Shown here one piece after another: positions 1 to 10,282 of a DNA stretch of 64,000 nt (the stretch's first letter is position 1; each line of letters begins with the position of its first letter). This stretch comes from Candidatus Heimdallarchaeota archaeon. Lineage in GTDB: Archaea; Asgardarchaeota; Heimdallarchaeia; Heimdallarchaeales; Heimdallarchaeaceae. Under the pieces are notes generated by a model. The model was given only the letters and a program-made list of their open reading frames with translations, was not told where the DNA came from and ran no database searches. The translations under genes and the position numbers were made by a program. The stretch covers positions 160,001 to 224,000 of the forward strand of contig JAUVXV010000002.1 of assembly GCA_030603365.1 (NCBI GenBank), given 5' to 3'.

Positions 1-1
1 T

Positions 2-799
2 TTGAAAGTACAATTACAAAAGGAATACGATGTCCTCTGTCAAGCAGTAAAAAAAGCACGTGATGCGTTGCTTGATATTGTACAAAATGGTTTTGAAAAA
101 TCTTTTAAAAAAAATGATGATCCTGTCACCACAGGCGATCTTACGGTCAATTCTATTCTCCAAGAAGAACTATCACAAGCTTTTCCTGAGATAGGTTGGC
201 TTTCTGAAGAAACTAAGGATAATCCAGAAAGATTGGAAAAAAATAAGGTATGGATCGTAGATCCAATCGATGGAACAAAAGAATTCATTGAAAGTATACC
301 CGAGTATGCAATATCTGTTGCTCTTGTTGAAAATGGTAAGCCAGTAGTTGGTGTTGTATTAAACCCATTGAAGGATGAACTTTATACTGCTGTCAAAGGG
401 GGAGGAGCATTCCTTAACGGTAAACCCATTCATGTCAATTCAACATTGAATAATAGACCACTAATCGTAGCCAGTAGATCAGAAAACAAACGTGGTGAAT
501 GGGAGGAATTCAAAGAAGAAGCTGAAGTTATTCCTACTGGATCCATCGCTTTCAAATTAGCTCTAGTAGCTTCTGGTCAAGCTGATGCAACATTTAGTTT
601 AAGTCCAAAACATGAATGGGATTTTGCAGCAGGGCATCTGATTGTTGAAGAAGCTGGAGGGGTTGTTTCAGACAAATATGGTGAGAGTTTTATATTCAAT
701 CAAGCAAACACCCTTGTCAATTCAATTGTAGGTACATCCAAAGTAGCTTCAAGTAAGATATTTGAAATGATTGAGAAATCGAGGAATAAAAATGGTTGA
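2..799 (+). CDS. cysQ: 3'(2'),5'-bisphosphate nucleotidase CysQ / inositol monophosphatase family (start may lie at the window edge)
   Basis: DPVT.GD, LSEE, WIVDPIDGT and HEWDFAAG motifs; overlaps the start of sat-cysC. Confidence 0.88.
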   Translation: MKVQLQKEYDVLCQAVKKARDALLDIVQNGFEKSFKKNDDPVTTGDLTVNSILQEELSQAFPEIGWLSEETKDNPERLEKNKVWIVDPIDGTKEFIESIPEYAISVALVENGKPVVGVVLNPLKDELYTAVKGGGAFLNGKPIHVNSTLNNRPLIVASRSENKRGEWEEFKEEAEVIPTGSIAFKLALVASGQADATFSLSPKHEWDFAAGHLIVEEAGGVVSDKYGESFIFNQANTLVNSIVGTSKVASSKIFEMIEKSRNKNG

Positions 800-2522
800 A
801 CAAAATGGATTAATCTCTCCTCATGGTGGAGAATTAGTTGACCTATTAATTATAGATGAAAAAGAACGATATGATCTTGTTGAAAGGGCTAAAACTCTAG
901 TTAAATTGGAATTAACAGAAAGAGTCTTAGCAGATCTTGAATGTATTGCGACTGGAGTCTATTCACCTCTCAAAGGGTTCACAGGAGAGGAAGACTATAA
1001 CAGTATTATCAAAGACATGAAATTGGCAGATGGAACAGTCTGGCCAGTTCCAATCACTTTACAAGTTGAAGAAAACTTTGCAAGTAAAGTGAAAGTCGGA
1101 GATGAAATTGCTTTAACATGGGAAGATACACACTTAGCAATACTAAAAATTTCAAGCATTTACACACCTGATAAAAAGAAGGAAGCAGTAAGTGTTTATG
1201 GTACTGATGAAAGTGAACATCCAGGAGTTGCAGCAGTTTATCAAGGAGGAAGTGTCTATTTAGGAGGAGAGATAATTGTTTTCGAAGATCTTCCACATAA
1301 ATTCTTTAATGAATATAGGTTCACACCTAGAATAACTAGACAGATATTCTCTGAAAAAGGGTGGAAAACAGTTGTTGCATTCCAAACCAGAAATCCAATT
1401 CATAGAGCACATGAACATCTTCAGAAAATAGCTTTAGAATTAGTTGATGGATTATTTGTTAACCCACTTGTTGGTGCAACCAAAAAGGATGATATTCCTC
1501 ATCAAGTTAGAATGGAAACCTATAACGTAATTTTGAACAATTATTATCCTCATGACAGAACTTTTCTTGGAGTTTATCCTGCTAATATGCGGTATGCTGG
1601 TCCTAAGGAAGCTATCCTACATGCAATCAGCAGACAAAATTACGGTTGCTCACACATGATTATCGGAAGAGACCATGCAGGTGTAGGTAAATATTATGGT
1701 ACGTACGATGCTCAGACAATTTTTGATCAATTTTCTAAAGAAGAACTAGCTATCACTCCATTAAAATTCGAACATGCGTTTTACTGTAAATTATGCGAGC
1801 AGATGGTTACTAAACGAACTTGTCCTCACTCAAACGAAGCTCATGTTTTCTTATCTGGAACCAAAGTTAGAGAGATGCTTACAAACAATGAGATGCTTCC
1901 CCGGGAATTCACTCGTCCAGAGGTAGCTATGATACTCATTGATTCTGTTAATAATAAACGAAGAGCAAATGAACAAAAAGGAGTTACTATGCTCTTCACT
2001 GGGTTATCTGGTTCAGGAAAGACAACAATCTCTAAAACAGTTGCTGAAGAGCTAAAGAAACGAGGGTATAAGACCGAAAGACTGGATGCAGATATCGTTA
2101 GACAAAATCTAAGTAAAGGTCTGGGATTCAGTAAAGAAGATCGTGATGAAAATATCAGAAGAGTAGGTTTTGTTTGCCATTTAATGAGCAGAAATGGAAT
2201 TTTTGCATTAATGGCTAACATTGCGCCATATATTTCCGTCCGTGAAGAAATCAGGCAAAGAATTGGAGAATTTATTGAAGTCTATGTTAAATGTCCTCTT
2301 GAAGACTGTGAGAGACGTGATCTCAAAGGTTTATACGCAAAGGCCCGTGCAGGTGAAATTAAAGGATTTACTGGTGTAGACGATCCTTATGAGGAACCTC
2401 AAGCTCCTGAAGTTATCTGTGAAACTGATAAAGAAAGTATTGAAGAAAGTGTACAGAAAGTCTTAGACACGATGGAACAATTAGGATATATTCAACCAAT
2501 AAAGGTTTATGATCCTAACTGA
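792..2522 (+). CDS. sat: Bifunctional sulfate adenylyltransferase / adenylylsulfate kinase (Sat-CysC)
   Basis: FQTRNPIHRAH, MRYAGPKEA and GRDHAG (Sat); GLSGSGKT P-loop and KGLY.KAR.GEIKGFTG.DDPYE (APS kinase); ATG 792 follows GAGGA. Confidence 0.95.
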   Translation: MVEQNGLISPHGGELVDLLIIDEKERYDLVERAKTLVKLELTERVLADLECIATGVYSPLKGFTGEEDYNSIIKDMKLADGTVWPVPITLQVEENFASKVKVGDEIALTWEDTHLAILKISSIYTPDKKKEAVSVYGTDESEHPGVAAVYQGGSVYLGGEIIVFEDLPHKFFNEYRFTPRITRQIFSEKGWKTVVAFQTRNPIHRAHEHLQKIALELVDGLFVNPLVGATKKDDIPHQVRMETYNVILNNYYPHDRTFLGVYPANMRYAGPKEAILHAISRQNYGCSHMIIGRDHAGVGKYYGTYDAQTIFDQFSKEELAITPLKFEHAFYCKLCEQMVTKRTCPHSNEAHVFLSGTKVREMLTNNEMLPREFTRPEVAMILIDSVNNKRRANEQKGVTMLFTGLSGSGKTTISKTVAEELKKRGYKTERLDADIVRQNLSKGLGFSKEDRDENIRRVGFVCHLMSRNGIFALMANIAPYISVREEIRQRIGEFIEVYVKCPLEDCERRDLKGLYAKARAGEIKGFTGVDDPYEEPQAPEVICETDKESIEESVQKVLDTMEQLGYIQPIKVYDPN

Positions 2523-2878
2523 TTTTCCTTTTTTTCCTCTTCTAGAAATATTTTTATCAAATCTCTAGCGATAAATATTGCAGATTCCTTGAATTTGTTC
2601 GGATCTCTATAAAATCCCCATTTTATTAGCAATATATTATCTATCCATGTAAAAATTGTTGGATGAAATAATTCATATAAATGAGTAATTTTTTCAACAT
2701 TAATACCATAATCTTGATTTAAAGCTAAAGCTATTTCTTCAGTTAAGGTTTTAGCTATTTTGTTGATTTTGGCTTCAGATCGATAAAGATCCCACCCTTC
2801 TCTAATAACTGACTCAATCCAGTTTATTAGAATTTCATGAATACTTTCCCAGATGTGTATAGTTTCATATTGCAACAT
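2507..2878 (-). CDS. Hypothetical protein (123 aa, internally duplicated W-I-D/E...W-G/D-x-Y-R motif)
   Basis: ORF track; no recognisable family. Confidence 0.55.
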   Translation of the reverse strand: MLQYETIHIWESIHEILINWIESVIREGWDLYRSEAKINKIAKTLTEEIALALNQDYGINVEKITHLYELFHPTIFTWIDNILLIKWGFYRDPNKFKESAIFIARDLIKIFLEEEKKENQLGS

Positions 2879-2998
2879 TTTTGAATGCCTTCTTTCAATA
2901 TTCTAGTTCTAGTTATTACATATGATATATTGCTAATTTGAGTTTGCCAAATTATTGGAATTAAGTTTTTTGAAATGATTTCTATTCGCTTCAGGCTT

Positions 2999-3193
2999 CT
3001 ACTTCTTTTTCTTTACTTTCATTAGTAATATTTTTCCATCTTCAAACAGTATCCACCTTAATTTGTCACCATTTTTCAATCCAAGTTCATCAACTATTTC
3101 TTTTGGAACCGTTGTTCTTCTTCTACTTTCTCTAATGGTTAGTGAGGTTTCGGATATGAAAATTACTTCATCTATGTTTATCTCTGTCATCAA
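2999..3193 (-). CDS. AbrB/MazE/SpoVT-family DNA-binding protein
   Basis: RTTVPKEIVDELGLKNGDKLRW swapped-hairpin signature. Confidence 0.85.
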   Translation of the reverse strand: MMTEINIDEVIFISETSLTIRESRRRTTVPKEIVDELGLKNGDKLRWILFEDGKILLMKVKKKK

Positions 3194-3223
3194 GTTTTGC
3201 TATTTATAGGACTATTTAAGACT

Positions 3224-3347
3224 TTGGTATCATACCAATATTTATGGTTATTTAACAAGGATGTAATGTATCTATAGACCTTGTTTAAACATATATACGT
3301 GCCAAATGAAATCTTATTGTATTCCAAGGGTATTGGTTTAACACCAA
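3224..3347. promoter_or_regulatory. Two TTGGT-N5-ACCAA palindromes (3224-3238, 3333-3347), each next to a TATA-like box of the divergent abrB/tauE promoters
   Basis: ttggtatcataccaa and ttggtttaacaccaa; tatttaag at 3213-3220 (TATA on - strand) and tttttatag at about 3349-3357. Confidence 0.55.
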
Positions 3348-3394
3348 ATTTTTATAGAAGACAAAAATTCTATTCTTCGAAGGATCTGAGAAAT

Positions 3395-4336
3395 GTGACA
3401 GATGTACAAACTTTTACTATTGGTATATACATTCTCTTTGCTTTCTTAGCACTAATCTGTGAGTATATTGATAGTGCTTTAGGTGGAGGTTATGGCACTC
3501 TCTTGGTTCCTCTGATGATGATTCTTTTCAACGTTCCTAAAGCATTACTTATTCCTGCTGTGCTATTTTCAGAAATCATCACAGGATTTAGTTCAGCTTA
3601 TCTCCATCACCGCATGGGAAATGCGAATTTTGAAATAAAGAGAAATAGTAGTAAAGCAAGTACAAAAACGAAAGCTTTCAAGTTTTCTAACCTTGAAAAA
3701 CCAAATGATCAAATTATTAAAACACAAAATTATCAAAACGGTATTTCCAAAAAAACAAAAGTTTTTTTTCATAATTTCACACTATCAGAAGATTTTCAAA
3801 TCGCTTTTATTCTTGGATTTTTAGGAATAATTGGAGGTATTATCGCCGCGTTTGTTGGTTTGAATATTTCTGATACTGCCGTAAGAACCTATATTGGAAT
3901 TTTAGTTATAATCGTTGGAATAATAGTTTTAATAAGATTAAAATGGAAGTTTTCTTGGTGGAAAATTTCTGGAATAGGACTACTAGCAGCTTTTAATAAA
4001 GGTCTTTCAGGAGGTGGTTATGGGCCACTAATTTCTTCAGGGCAAATTATTGTTGACAGAGATCCTCGTCAAGCTGTAGCTTCTACATCACTTTCTGAAG
4101 CAATTGTCTGTATTGCTTCTTTAGTGATTTATCTTACTGTAGGAAGTGTTGTATTGAATAGTGATTATTGGTTTTTGTTAATCGCACTGTTAATAGGTTC
4201 GCTTCTCTCTGTACCTTTTGCTGTTTTAACAGTAAAATATCTTCCAATTAAGAAATTACAGCCTACAATCGGAGGAATGACAGTATTACTAGGAATTTTC
4301 ATGTTATTGAAAGCATATCTTCCTGCGTTTTCTTAA
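3395..4336 (+). CDS. TauE/SafE sulfite exporter family permease (probable GTG start 3395)
   Basis: DSALGGGYG and NKGLSGGGYGP repeats; multiple TM helices. Confidence 0.85.
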   Translation: MTDVQTFTIGIYILFAFLALICEYIDSALGGGYGTLLVPLMMILFNVPKALLIPAVLFSEIITGFSSAYLHHRMGNANFEIKRNSSKASTKTKAFKFSNLEKPNDQIIKTQNYQNGISKKTKVFFHNFTLSEDFQIAFILGFLGIIGGIIAAFVGLNISDTAVRTYIGILVIIVGIIVLIRLKWKFSWWKISGIGLLAAFNKGLSGGGYGPLISSGQIIVDRDPRQAVASTSLSEAIVCIASLVIYLTVGSVVLNSDYWFLLIALLIGSLLSVPFAVLTVKYLPIKKLQPTIGGMTVLLGIFMLLKAYLPAFS

Positions 4337-4391
4337 TGAAATCTTACTCTGTCTAGAAAATGGATTTTACTTTCTATTTACTAGTTATCTT

Positions 4392-5273
4392 CTACGCTCC
4401 CCATTTTAGAATTGTTGAAACTAGAGTAAAGATTGCTATTAGCAATAATGCTATCCCAATAATAAGAAAAATATATCTTGTTTTCACTTTACCTTTCAGA
4501 AAATTCCCAATTGAAGCTCCTACTACCATTGAAATTGTTAAGGTTAGTACTAACCACCAATCAATAGGTAAGTTTCCTCTTGCTATGTAAGTTATCCCAG
4601 TTGCTAGAACCTTTATTACAATTACAAAGAGAGATGTTCCTGATGCTACCAATGGAGAAAATCCAAAGAGTAATATGAAAATAGGTACTTGAAGCCACCC
4701 ACCACTTACTCCAAAGAATCCTGTAATTAGACCAATTGATAAACCAATTAGAAAAGCTAAAGAAAGACTAACTTGGTATTCAAATTCTCCGTTTTTAATT
4801 TTCAATACTGGAGGTAAAGAGTTTAGCTTTGACCATATCTTCTTTTCTGTACTTTCTAAAACACTAGTATTTTCAGTCTCTTTTTTCTTTTTATTTTCTT
4901 GAAAAACCATCAAAAGCATCCTTAACCCAAATATGAATGCAATCACACTTATGAATGAAACAATCACAATTTCATATATTGATTCTAGTCCTATAGCGCC
5001 TAGAATTGCCCCAATGGTTGAGGGAACAACAAAAATAAGACCTAATTTCCAATCAACTTCTTTCCTTCTCCAAGCTCCTATTGTTCCTACTAAAACTGGA
5101 AGAATAAGTGATAAAATAACAGAAACAATTACAATTTCTTCAGCACCAGGATAGAAAAAGAGTATTAAAAATGGAACTAAAAACACTCCTCCACTAAATC
5201 CTGATATATTCCCAACAATACTAATTACAAATGCAATTATTCCAATAATCGCATAAAATTCAGTGGGAAGCAT
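4392..5273 (-). CDS. TauE/SafE sulfite exporter family permease
   Basis: GFSGGVFLVP, GFFGVSGG..QVP and ASGTSL motifs. Confidence 0.85.
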   Translation of the reverse strand: MLPTEFYAIIGIIAFVISIVGNISGFSGGVFLVPFLILFFYPGAEEIVIVSVILSLILPVLVGTIGAWRRKEVDWKLGLIFVVPSTIGAILGAIGLESIYEIVIVSFISVIAFIFGLRMLLMVFQENKKKKETENTSVLESTEKKIWSKLNSLPPVLKIKNGEFEYQVSLSLAFLIGLSIGLITGFFGVSGGWLQVPIFILLFGFSPLVASGTSLFVIVIKVLATGITYIARGNLPIDWWLVLTLTISMVVGASIGNFLKGKVKTRYIFLIIGIALLLIAIFTLVSTILKWGA

Positions 5274-5317
5274 ATCATTGAAAGATAGAAAATATCTTTT
5301 AAGTTTATGTTTGAGAC

Positions 5318-6778
5318 CTAGTTTTCATCAGAACGCAGTTCTATAATCTCACAAATCGCTTTCTTAATGTTTTGAACTGCTCCGCTTCTAAAGAACTTCT
5401 CAGAATCTGCTGGCTTTACATCCTTATTATGCAATAGTGAAATTAATTCTTTTGCTTTTTCAACCTTTATTGCAGTATTATTATCGATTAAATCTTCCAT
5501 ATAGTCAATTCCTGGTAAATCAACTAAGAGAGTTTTTACACCAAAACTCAAGCCTTCAAACAATGCTGTAGAATATACACCTATCTGTATTTCTGATTCA
5601 GCAAACAATTTGTAAAGAGGTTTTCCCAGATGGTCTACGATTTGTATATTACTCTCAGCCAACCAAGGATAATCTTCATACCAAAAATCAGCTTCAAACG
5701 GATGCAATTTATATAGAATCTTATAATCAAATTTCCTTATTTTGCTTAGTTCAACCGCAAATCTAGAAAGTTGTTCCCCTATAGTCTTTTGGGATATGAA
5801 AAGTATTTGTTTCTTCTTTTTGATATTCTTATATCTCTTTTTCTTGTGTTCAAATTCTGGGTAACCTACACTGAAGATGTGATCCTTTTCTATTGGGTAA
5901 GACACTGAATCTTTCCAATAATTTCCAAAAGTAAGAAGGTAATCTGGAAAAGTATATTTAACTGCATTCTTTTTCTCATAAGAGTATCCAACATGATATT
6001 TAGTAATCACTCCATGCTGTATCTCTGCAACTGGTATTTTCTTGATTTTACATGCTTCAATGAAATCCTCTTTACCATAACTACATACAACTATAACCAC
6101 TTTTGGTTTTATCCTATCTAGTATTTTAAAGAAATATGGTAGACTCCTCTTTCTTTTAGTAAGAATATGAGTTGTTAAGAAAACAAGATCAATTGATAGC
6201 TTAAATCTTGTTTTTATTGTTTGAGAGAGTTTTCGAAGATAAATTATTTCCTCATCTGTCAGTTTAACTCTAGAAAGTTTCAGATATCTTTTCATATCTA
6301 CTAGAAAGTCAATATAAGTTGTGTATAGTAGATTCTTAGTTTTAACTGGCTTTCTATACTTGAAAAATAAATCTCCTTCCAAAGATATAGCGGAATAATC
6401 TAGTTTTTCTATGAAATAGTCTGTATAGATATCCCACCATAGATTGTCTTCTTGAAGCTTTCTTCGAGTACTACTCAAGATGAGGACATCATGTTGTTTG
6501 GCCAACAGTGGATTTCTCTTAAATCTGAAGAAAGTAAGGAAATAATTCCTAAACTTGAGCAAATAAGTACTTATACTCCTCTCTTTTGGAGGTTTCTTTA
6601 TTCTAGGATCTTTGTCTTGATCAATGAGTGTCTTTTGGAATGTTCTTTGAAAAACTGTAAACCTTATACGTTCCCAGAAAAAAACATCATCTATTTTTCT
6701 TTCAAATAAACCTAAATCTTGTTCGAATCTAAGGAATTTGTTGTAAAGAGATTTGAGTGATTGTTTAGATTTGCTCAT
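5318..6778 (-). CDS. GT-B polysaccharide transferase, sialyltransferase/CDP-glycerol transferase-like
   Basis: EIQHG, YKLHP and GVYSTALFEG motifs; glycan cluster context. Confidence 0.55.
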   Translation of the reverse strand: MSKSKQSLKSLYNKFLRFEQDLGLFERKIDDVFFWERIRFTVFQRTFQKTLIDQDKDPRIKKPPKERSISTYLLKFRNYFLTFFRFKRNPLLAKQHDVLILSSTRRKLQEDNLWWDIYTDYFIEKLDYSAISLEGDLFFKYRKPVKTKNLLYTTYIDFLVDMKRYLKLSRVKLTDEEIIYLRKLSQTIKTRFKLSIDLVFLTTHILTKRKRSLPYFFKILDRIKPKVVIVVCSYGKEDFIEACKIKKIPVAEIQHGVITKYHVGYSYEKKNAVKYTFPDYLLTFGNYWKDSVSYPIEKDHIFSVGYPEFEHKKKRYKNIKKKKQILFISQKTIGEQLSRFAVELSKIRKFDYKILYKLHPFEADFWYEDYPWLAESNIQIVDHLGKPLYKLFAESEIQIGVYSTALFEGLSFGVKTLLVDLPGIDYMEDLIDNNTAIKVEKAKELISLLHNKDVKPADSEKFFRSGAVQNIKKAICEIIELRSDEN

Positions 6779-6940
6779 TGGTCAAAATAGACATTCGATG
6801 ACACAATATTAATTTATCGATTAAATTTCGCAGATATATGACTGATCTTGAAAATTTCTCCTACCCATAGCAACAGAATTTTCTTCTTTAATCATTTGAT
6901 TAAATAGATTTAAAAACATCTTCCAAGATTTGATTCAGAA

Positions 6941-8308
6941 ATGAAATACTTTGAAATGAGTGCAGTATTAGCAGAACAATCAATAAAAAATCGTTCTTTA
7001 ACTATTGCTGTTTTTGGTCAAGGAAAAATGGGTCTCCCTATTAGTGTAGTTTTCTTAGAAGCTGGTTACAAAGTCGTAGGTGTTGATATTAATCCAGAAC
7101 TTGTGGAAAATCTCAACAAAGGTTTAGTTCCTGAAATTAGAGAACCTGGAGTTATAGAAGGGATTAGAAAAGGAATCGAATCGACTAGATACTATGCAAC
7201 CATGTCTATAGAACAAGCACTCGAAGATGCAGACATTATCGTGATTATTATTCCTATAATTGTTGATGATGATAAAATTCCCAACCTTAATCCACTTACT
7301 GAGTTAATGGAAAAGATTGGTAGCAATCTGAAGAAGGGTCATATACTCATTCAAGAAACCACCTTACCCATTGGAACAACTGAAGATGTTATTCTTCCTA
7401 TTTTGGAAATTCATTCTGGCCTAACTGCTGGAGTTGATTTTGGTTTAGGTTTCTCTCCTGAACGAACATATAGTGGTAGAGTTCTAAAAGATATTACTGA
7501 AAATTATCCCAAGATTATTGGAGGTATTAATCTAAAAAGCACTGATAGGATGGCTCTTTTCTACAGTTCTTTCGTACAGAAAGGAGTGATTGAAACGAGT
7601 TCAGCAAAGACTGCTGAAACCGTCAAAGTATTCAAGGGTGTATATAGAGACATAAATATCGCTATTGCTAATGAACTTGCAAAGATTGCTGAAAAACTAG
7701 ATGTTGATTTTTATGAAGTAAGAAAAGCTGTTAATTCAGAGCCTTCTGGTAACCTATTACTTCCTGGAGCTGGAGTAGGAGGACACTGTATTCCTGTTTA
7801 TCCTCATTTCCTTATTCAAACCGCTAAGAATCTTGGTGTCAAACCCACGATAATTCAAGCTGGAAGAGAAGTAAATATGTCAATGCCCCAACATGTTATA
7901 AATAAAATTATTCAGGGTTTGACCTACTTAGATAAGGACATTAAAACATCTAAAATTGCTTTACTTGGATTATCGTATCGTGGCAATGTAAAAGAACATC
8001 GTTATTCCCCTAGCATTGACATAATTCGTATCCTAAATGATGATCAACTCAATGTCTATCTACATGACCCTCTTTACAAACCAGAGGAAATAAAAGAAAT
8101 TGTTTCTGTGAATTTCAGTGAAAATTTAGAAGAAGTACTTACTGAAGCTGATTGTATTATCCTTTTGGCAGATCACAAAGATTATGAAAAATCATTAGTT
8201 AGCAAAATGGAATCTTTGGCAAACAAACCTTATATTTTCATAGATACAAGGAACATTTACGAAATAGAAGAAACTGAAGAAAGGAAGGTCTATAGAATCG
8301 GTGTTTGA
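6941..8308 (+). CDS. Nucleotide-sugar dehydrogenase (UDP-ManNAc/UDP-GlcNAc 6-dehydrogenase, WecC/WbpA-like)
   Basis: GQGKMG Rossmann motif, FSPER, AETVK, PGAGVGGHCIP. Confidence 0.9.
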   Translation: MKYFEMSAVLAEQSIKNRSLTIAVFGQGKMGLPISVVFLEAGYKVVGVDINPELVENLNKGLVPEIREPGVIEGIRKGIESTRYYATMSIEQALEDADIIVIIIPIIVDDDKIPNLNPLTELMEKIGSNLKKGHILIQETTLPIGTTEDVILPILEIHSGLTAGVDFGLGFSPERTYSGRVLKDITENYPKIIGGINLKSTDRMALFYSSFVQKGVIETSSAKTAETVKVFKGVYRDINIAIANELAKIAEKLDVDFYEVRKAVNSEPSGNLLLPGAGVGGHCIPVYPHFLIQTAKNLGVKPTIIQAGREVNMSMPQHVINKIIQGLTYLDKDIKTSKIALLGLSYRGNVKEHRYSPSIDIIRILNDDQLNVYLHDPLYKPEEIKEIVSVNFSENLEEVLTEADCIILLADHKDYEKSLVSKMESLANKPYIFIDTRNIYEIEETEERKVYRIGV

Positions 8309-8309
8309 G

Positions 8310-8948
8310 TTACATTTGCCATCTTACAACTTCGAATGCTTCTGCATATCTAGCTCTTATTTGAGTACCTCTAACTGCAGCTAATCCTCTAGCATATTCT
8401 TCACTGAAATATTGTCTATACATTTCCATTTGAGATTTGTAAAATTGTAAAATTTCTATTTTTGAACGCACGTGATCTTCAGTTAATTCAACAAACAACT
8501 GTGTGTTAAATTCAATATGATTCCACGGAAGTTCATAGCAGATTATAGAAGAATGAGTCTTGAATGCTCTAATCATCTCATTTGCCACAACTTGGTGATC
8601 TTGATGGAAATCATGAATTGAAGGTCCAATTACTAAATCAGGTTGGTAATTCTGCCTTACTTTAACAAGGTGATCCAATATTTCTTGCCGATAATCTGGA
8701 AGCTTTCTAACTTCATAGGAAAATATTTCTTTTTTGATTGTCAATATGAATTTGTTTTCTAAATATCCTATCACATCAAGGAACTCATTTCTCAGAGTAT
8801 TCTTATCCACTCCTTCTGGTAATGACTTCTCAGCTGTTGAAAAAACCATCCAGTATGTATCCCAGCCATTTTCCATGAGTTTGCTAAGTGTGCCACCTGC
8901 GCCTAGTTCAACATCATCAGTATGCGGACTTAAAACTAAAACTTTCAT
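8310..8948 (-). CDS. PIG-L/LmbE family deacetylase (probable start 8948)
   Basis: SPHTDD.ELG.GG, HQDH and AEAF motifs. Confidence 0.88.
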   Translation of the reverse strand: MKVLVLSPHTDDVELGAGGTLSKLMENGWDTYWMVFSTAEKSLPEGVDKNTLRNEFLDVIGYLENKFILTIKKEIFSYEVRKLPDYRQEILDHLVKVRQNYQPDLVIGPSIHDFHQDHQVVANEMIRAFKTHSSIICYELPWNHIEFNTQLFVELTEDHVRSKIEILQFYKSQMEMYRQYFSEEYARGLAAVRGTQIRARYAEAFEVVRWQM

Positions 8949-9007
8949 TAAGATAATATTTACTAAATGTTTTAAAAACTTTAAGACTAAAAACGAGTCA
9001 AAACCTA

Positions 9008-10249
9008 TCATTTTAGCTCTTTTTTCACTATATTTGCATATTTTATAGCTAAGTTGAATCTGCCATATTCTGTTAATTTTGTTTTATTACAACCATATTC
9101 AAGTTCGGTGTTTTTCCATTTTTTAAAGAGATTATCTAAAACTTTAGTTATTGAGTCTGCTTTACCTTCAACAAGACTATACTTTTGTTCAATGACATCA
9201 CACCAATCAGAAATTTCTCCTTTACCGCCTATAATCAATATATGGGAGTTTCCTACTGCATAATCATAGATTTTTGTAGCTAATGCGTATTCTACTGATG
9301 ATGGAACAAATACAAAATTTAAGTGTGATTTTTGTATTTCTTCAATTAAGGTTTTTCCTTCCAAATGTCCTAAATCCTCGAAATAAGGAAGTAAATCTCC
9401 TCTAGCAAGATCTCTATGTATAGCTGTTCGTGATGTGAGTCCTGCGTACCTTATTGCAAGCTGTTCAGGATTGAGATTGTTTTTATCAATCATCTCTTTT
9501 AAACCCATAACAAACTCACTAAAGTAAGGTTTGTGTACTTTGTAGTAATTCCCAAAGTATGATATAGTAAATTTATCTTCTATTTTTGGAACTTCTTTAT
9601 CTGGTACATTTGATTCAAAATATCCATTTGGAATAATATGAAAAGTTTCCTTCTCAACACCTGAGCTATCTCCTAACAGCTGTGCGCACTCATTTCCTAC
9701 AGCTACGTTTATGCGTGCATGTCTTGTGATTTTGCTTTCAAGTTTTCTATGTCTTTTCCTAACAATAAATCTGGGAAGAGTAAATGTGGGATTTGATGTC
9801 CAAGGATCTCTATGGTCAACGATTAGAGGGATGTCGTATTTTTTTGACAGTTTATATCCAACAACTGCAGCTGAATAGGGTGGTAAAGTTACCATTATTG
9901 CATCAATTTCAAGTTCTTTCAGAGCTTTTTCTCCTACTTTCAATGCTCTTCGTATCCAAGGAAAGTAAAGATCAGGGAAAAATAGTAGTCTGTCTAGGTT
10001 AAATAATTCCAGACCAACTAGAATTTTGGTTTTATATCCGATTTTTCTAATCTGAGATTCTTTAGCTTGATAAATATCTGATAAGTTGTGATAATTTTTC
10101 AATTCTTCTAATTCTGAAATTTCTTGATTTGCAGTTAAAAGAGCAATATTGATTCCCTCCTCTACAAATACCTTGGTTATACTTGAAGCTCGATGACCTC
10201 CTACTGCTTTATCGGGAGGAAAAAAATAGGATATAAATAAAATTCTCAT
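9008..10249 (-). CDS. Glycosyltransferase family 4 (GT-B)
   Basis: ISYFFPP...GG.R, DHRDPW, IPNG and TKIYDY motifs. Confidence 0.85.
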   Translation of the reverse strand: MRILFISYFFPPDKAVGGHRASSITKVFVEEGINIALLTANQEISELEELKNYHNLSDIYQAKESQIRKIGYKTKILVGLELFNLDRLLFFPDLYFPWIRRALKVGEKALKELEIDAIMVTLPPYSAAVVGYKLSKKYDIPLIVDHRDPWTSNPTFTLPRFIVRKRHRKLESKITRHARINVAVGNECAQLLGDSSGVEKETFHIIPNGYFESNVPDKEVPKIEDKFTISYFGNYYKVHKPYFSEFVMGLKEMIDKNNLNPEQLAIRYAGLTSRTAIHRDLARGDLLPYFEDLGHLEGKTLIEEIQKSHLNFVFVPSSVEYALATKIYDYAVGNSHILIIGGKGEISDWCDVIEQKYSLVEGKADSITKVLDNLFKKWKNTELEYGCNKTKLTEYGRFNLAIKYANIVKKELK

Positions 10250-10282
10250 TCCTTATCACTTCATCCTTTGGTAAGTTGTGAT

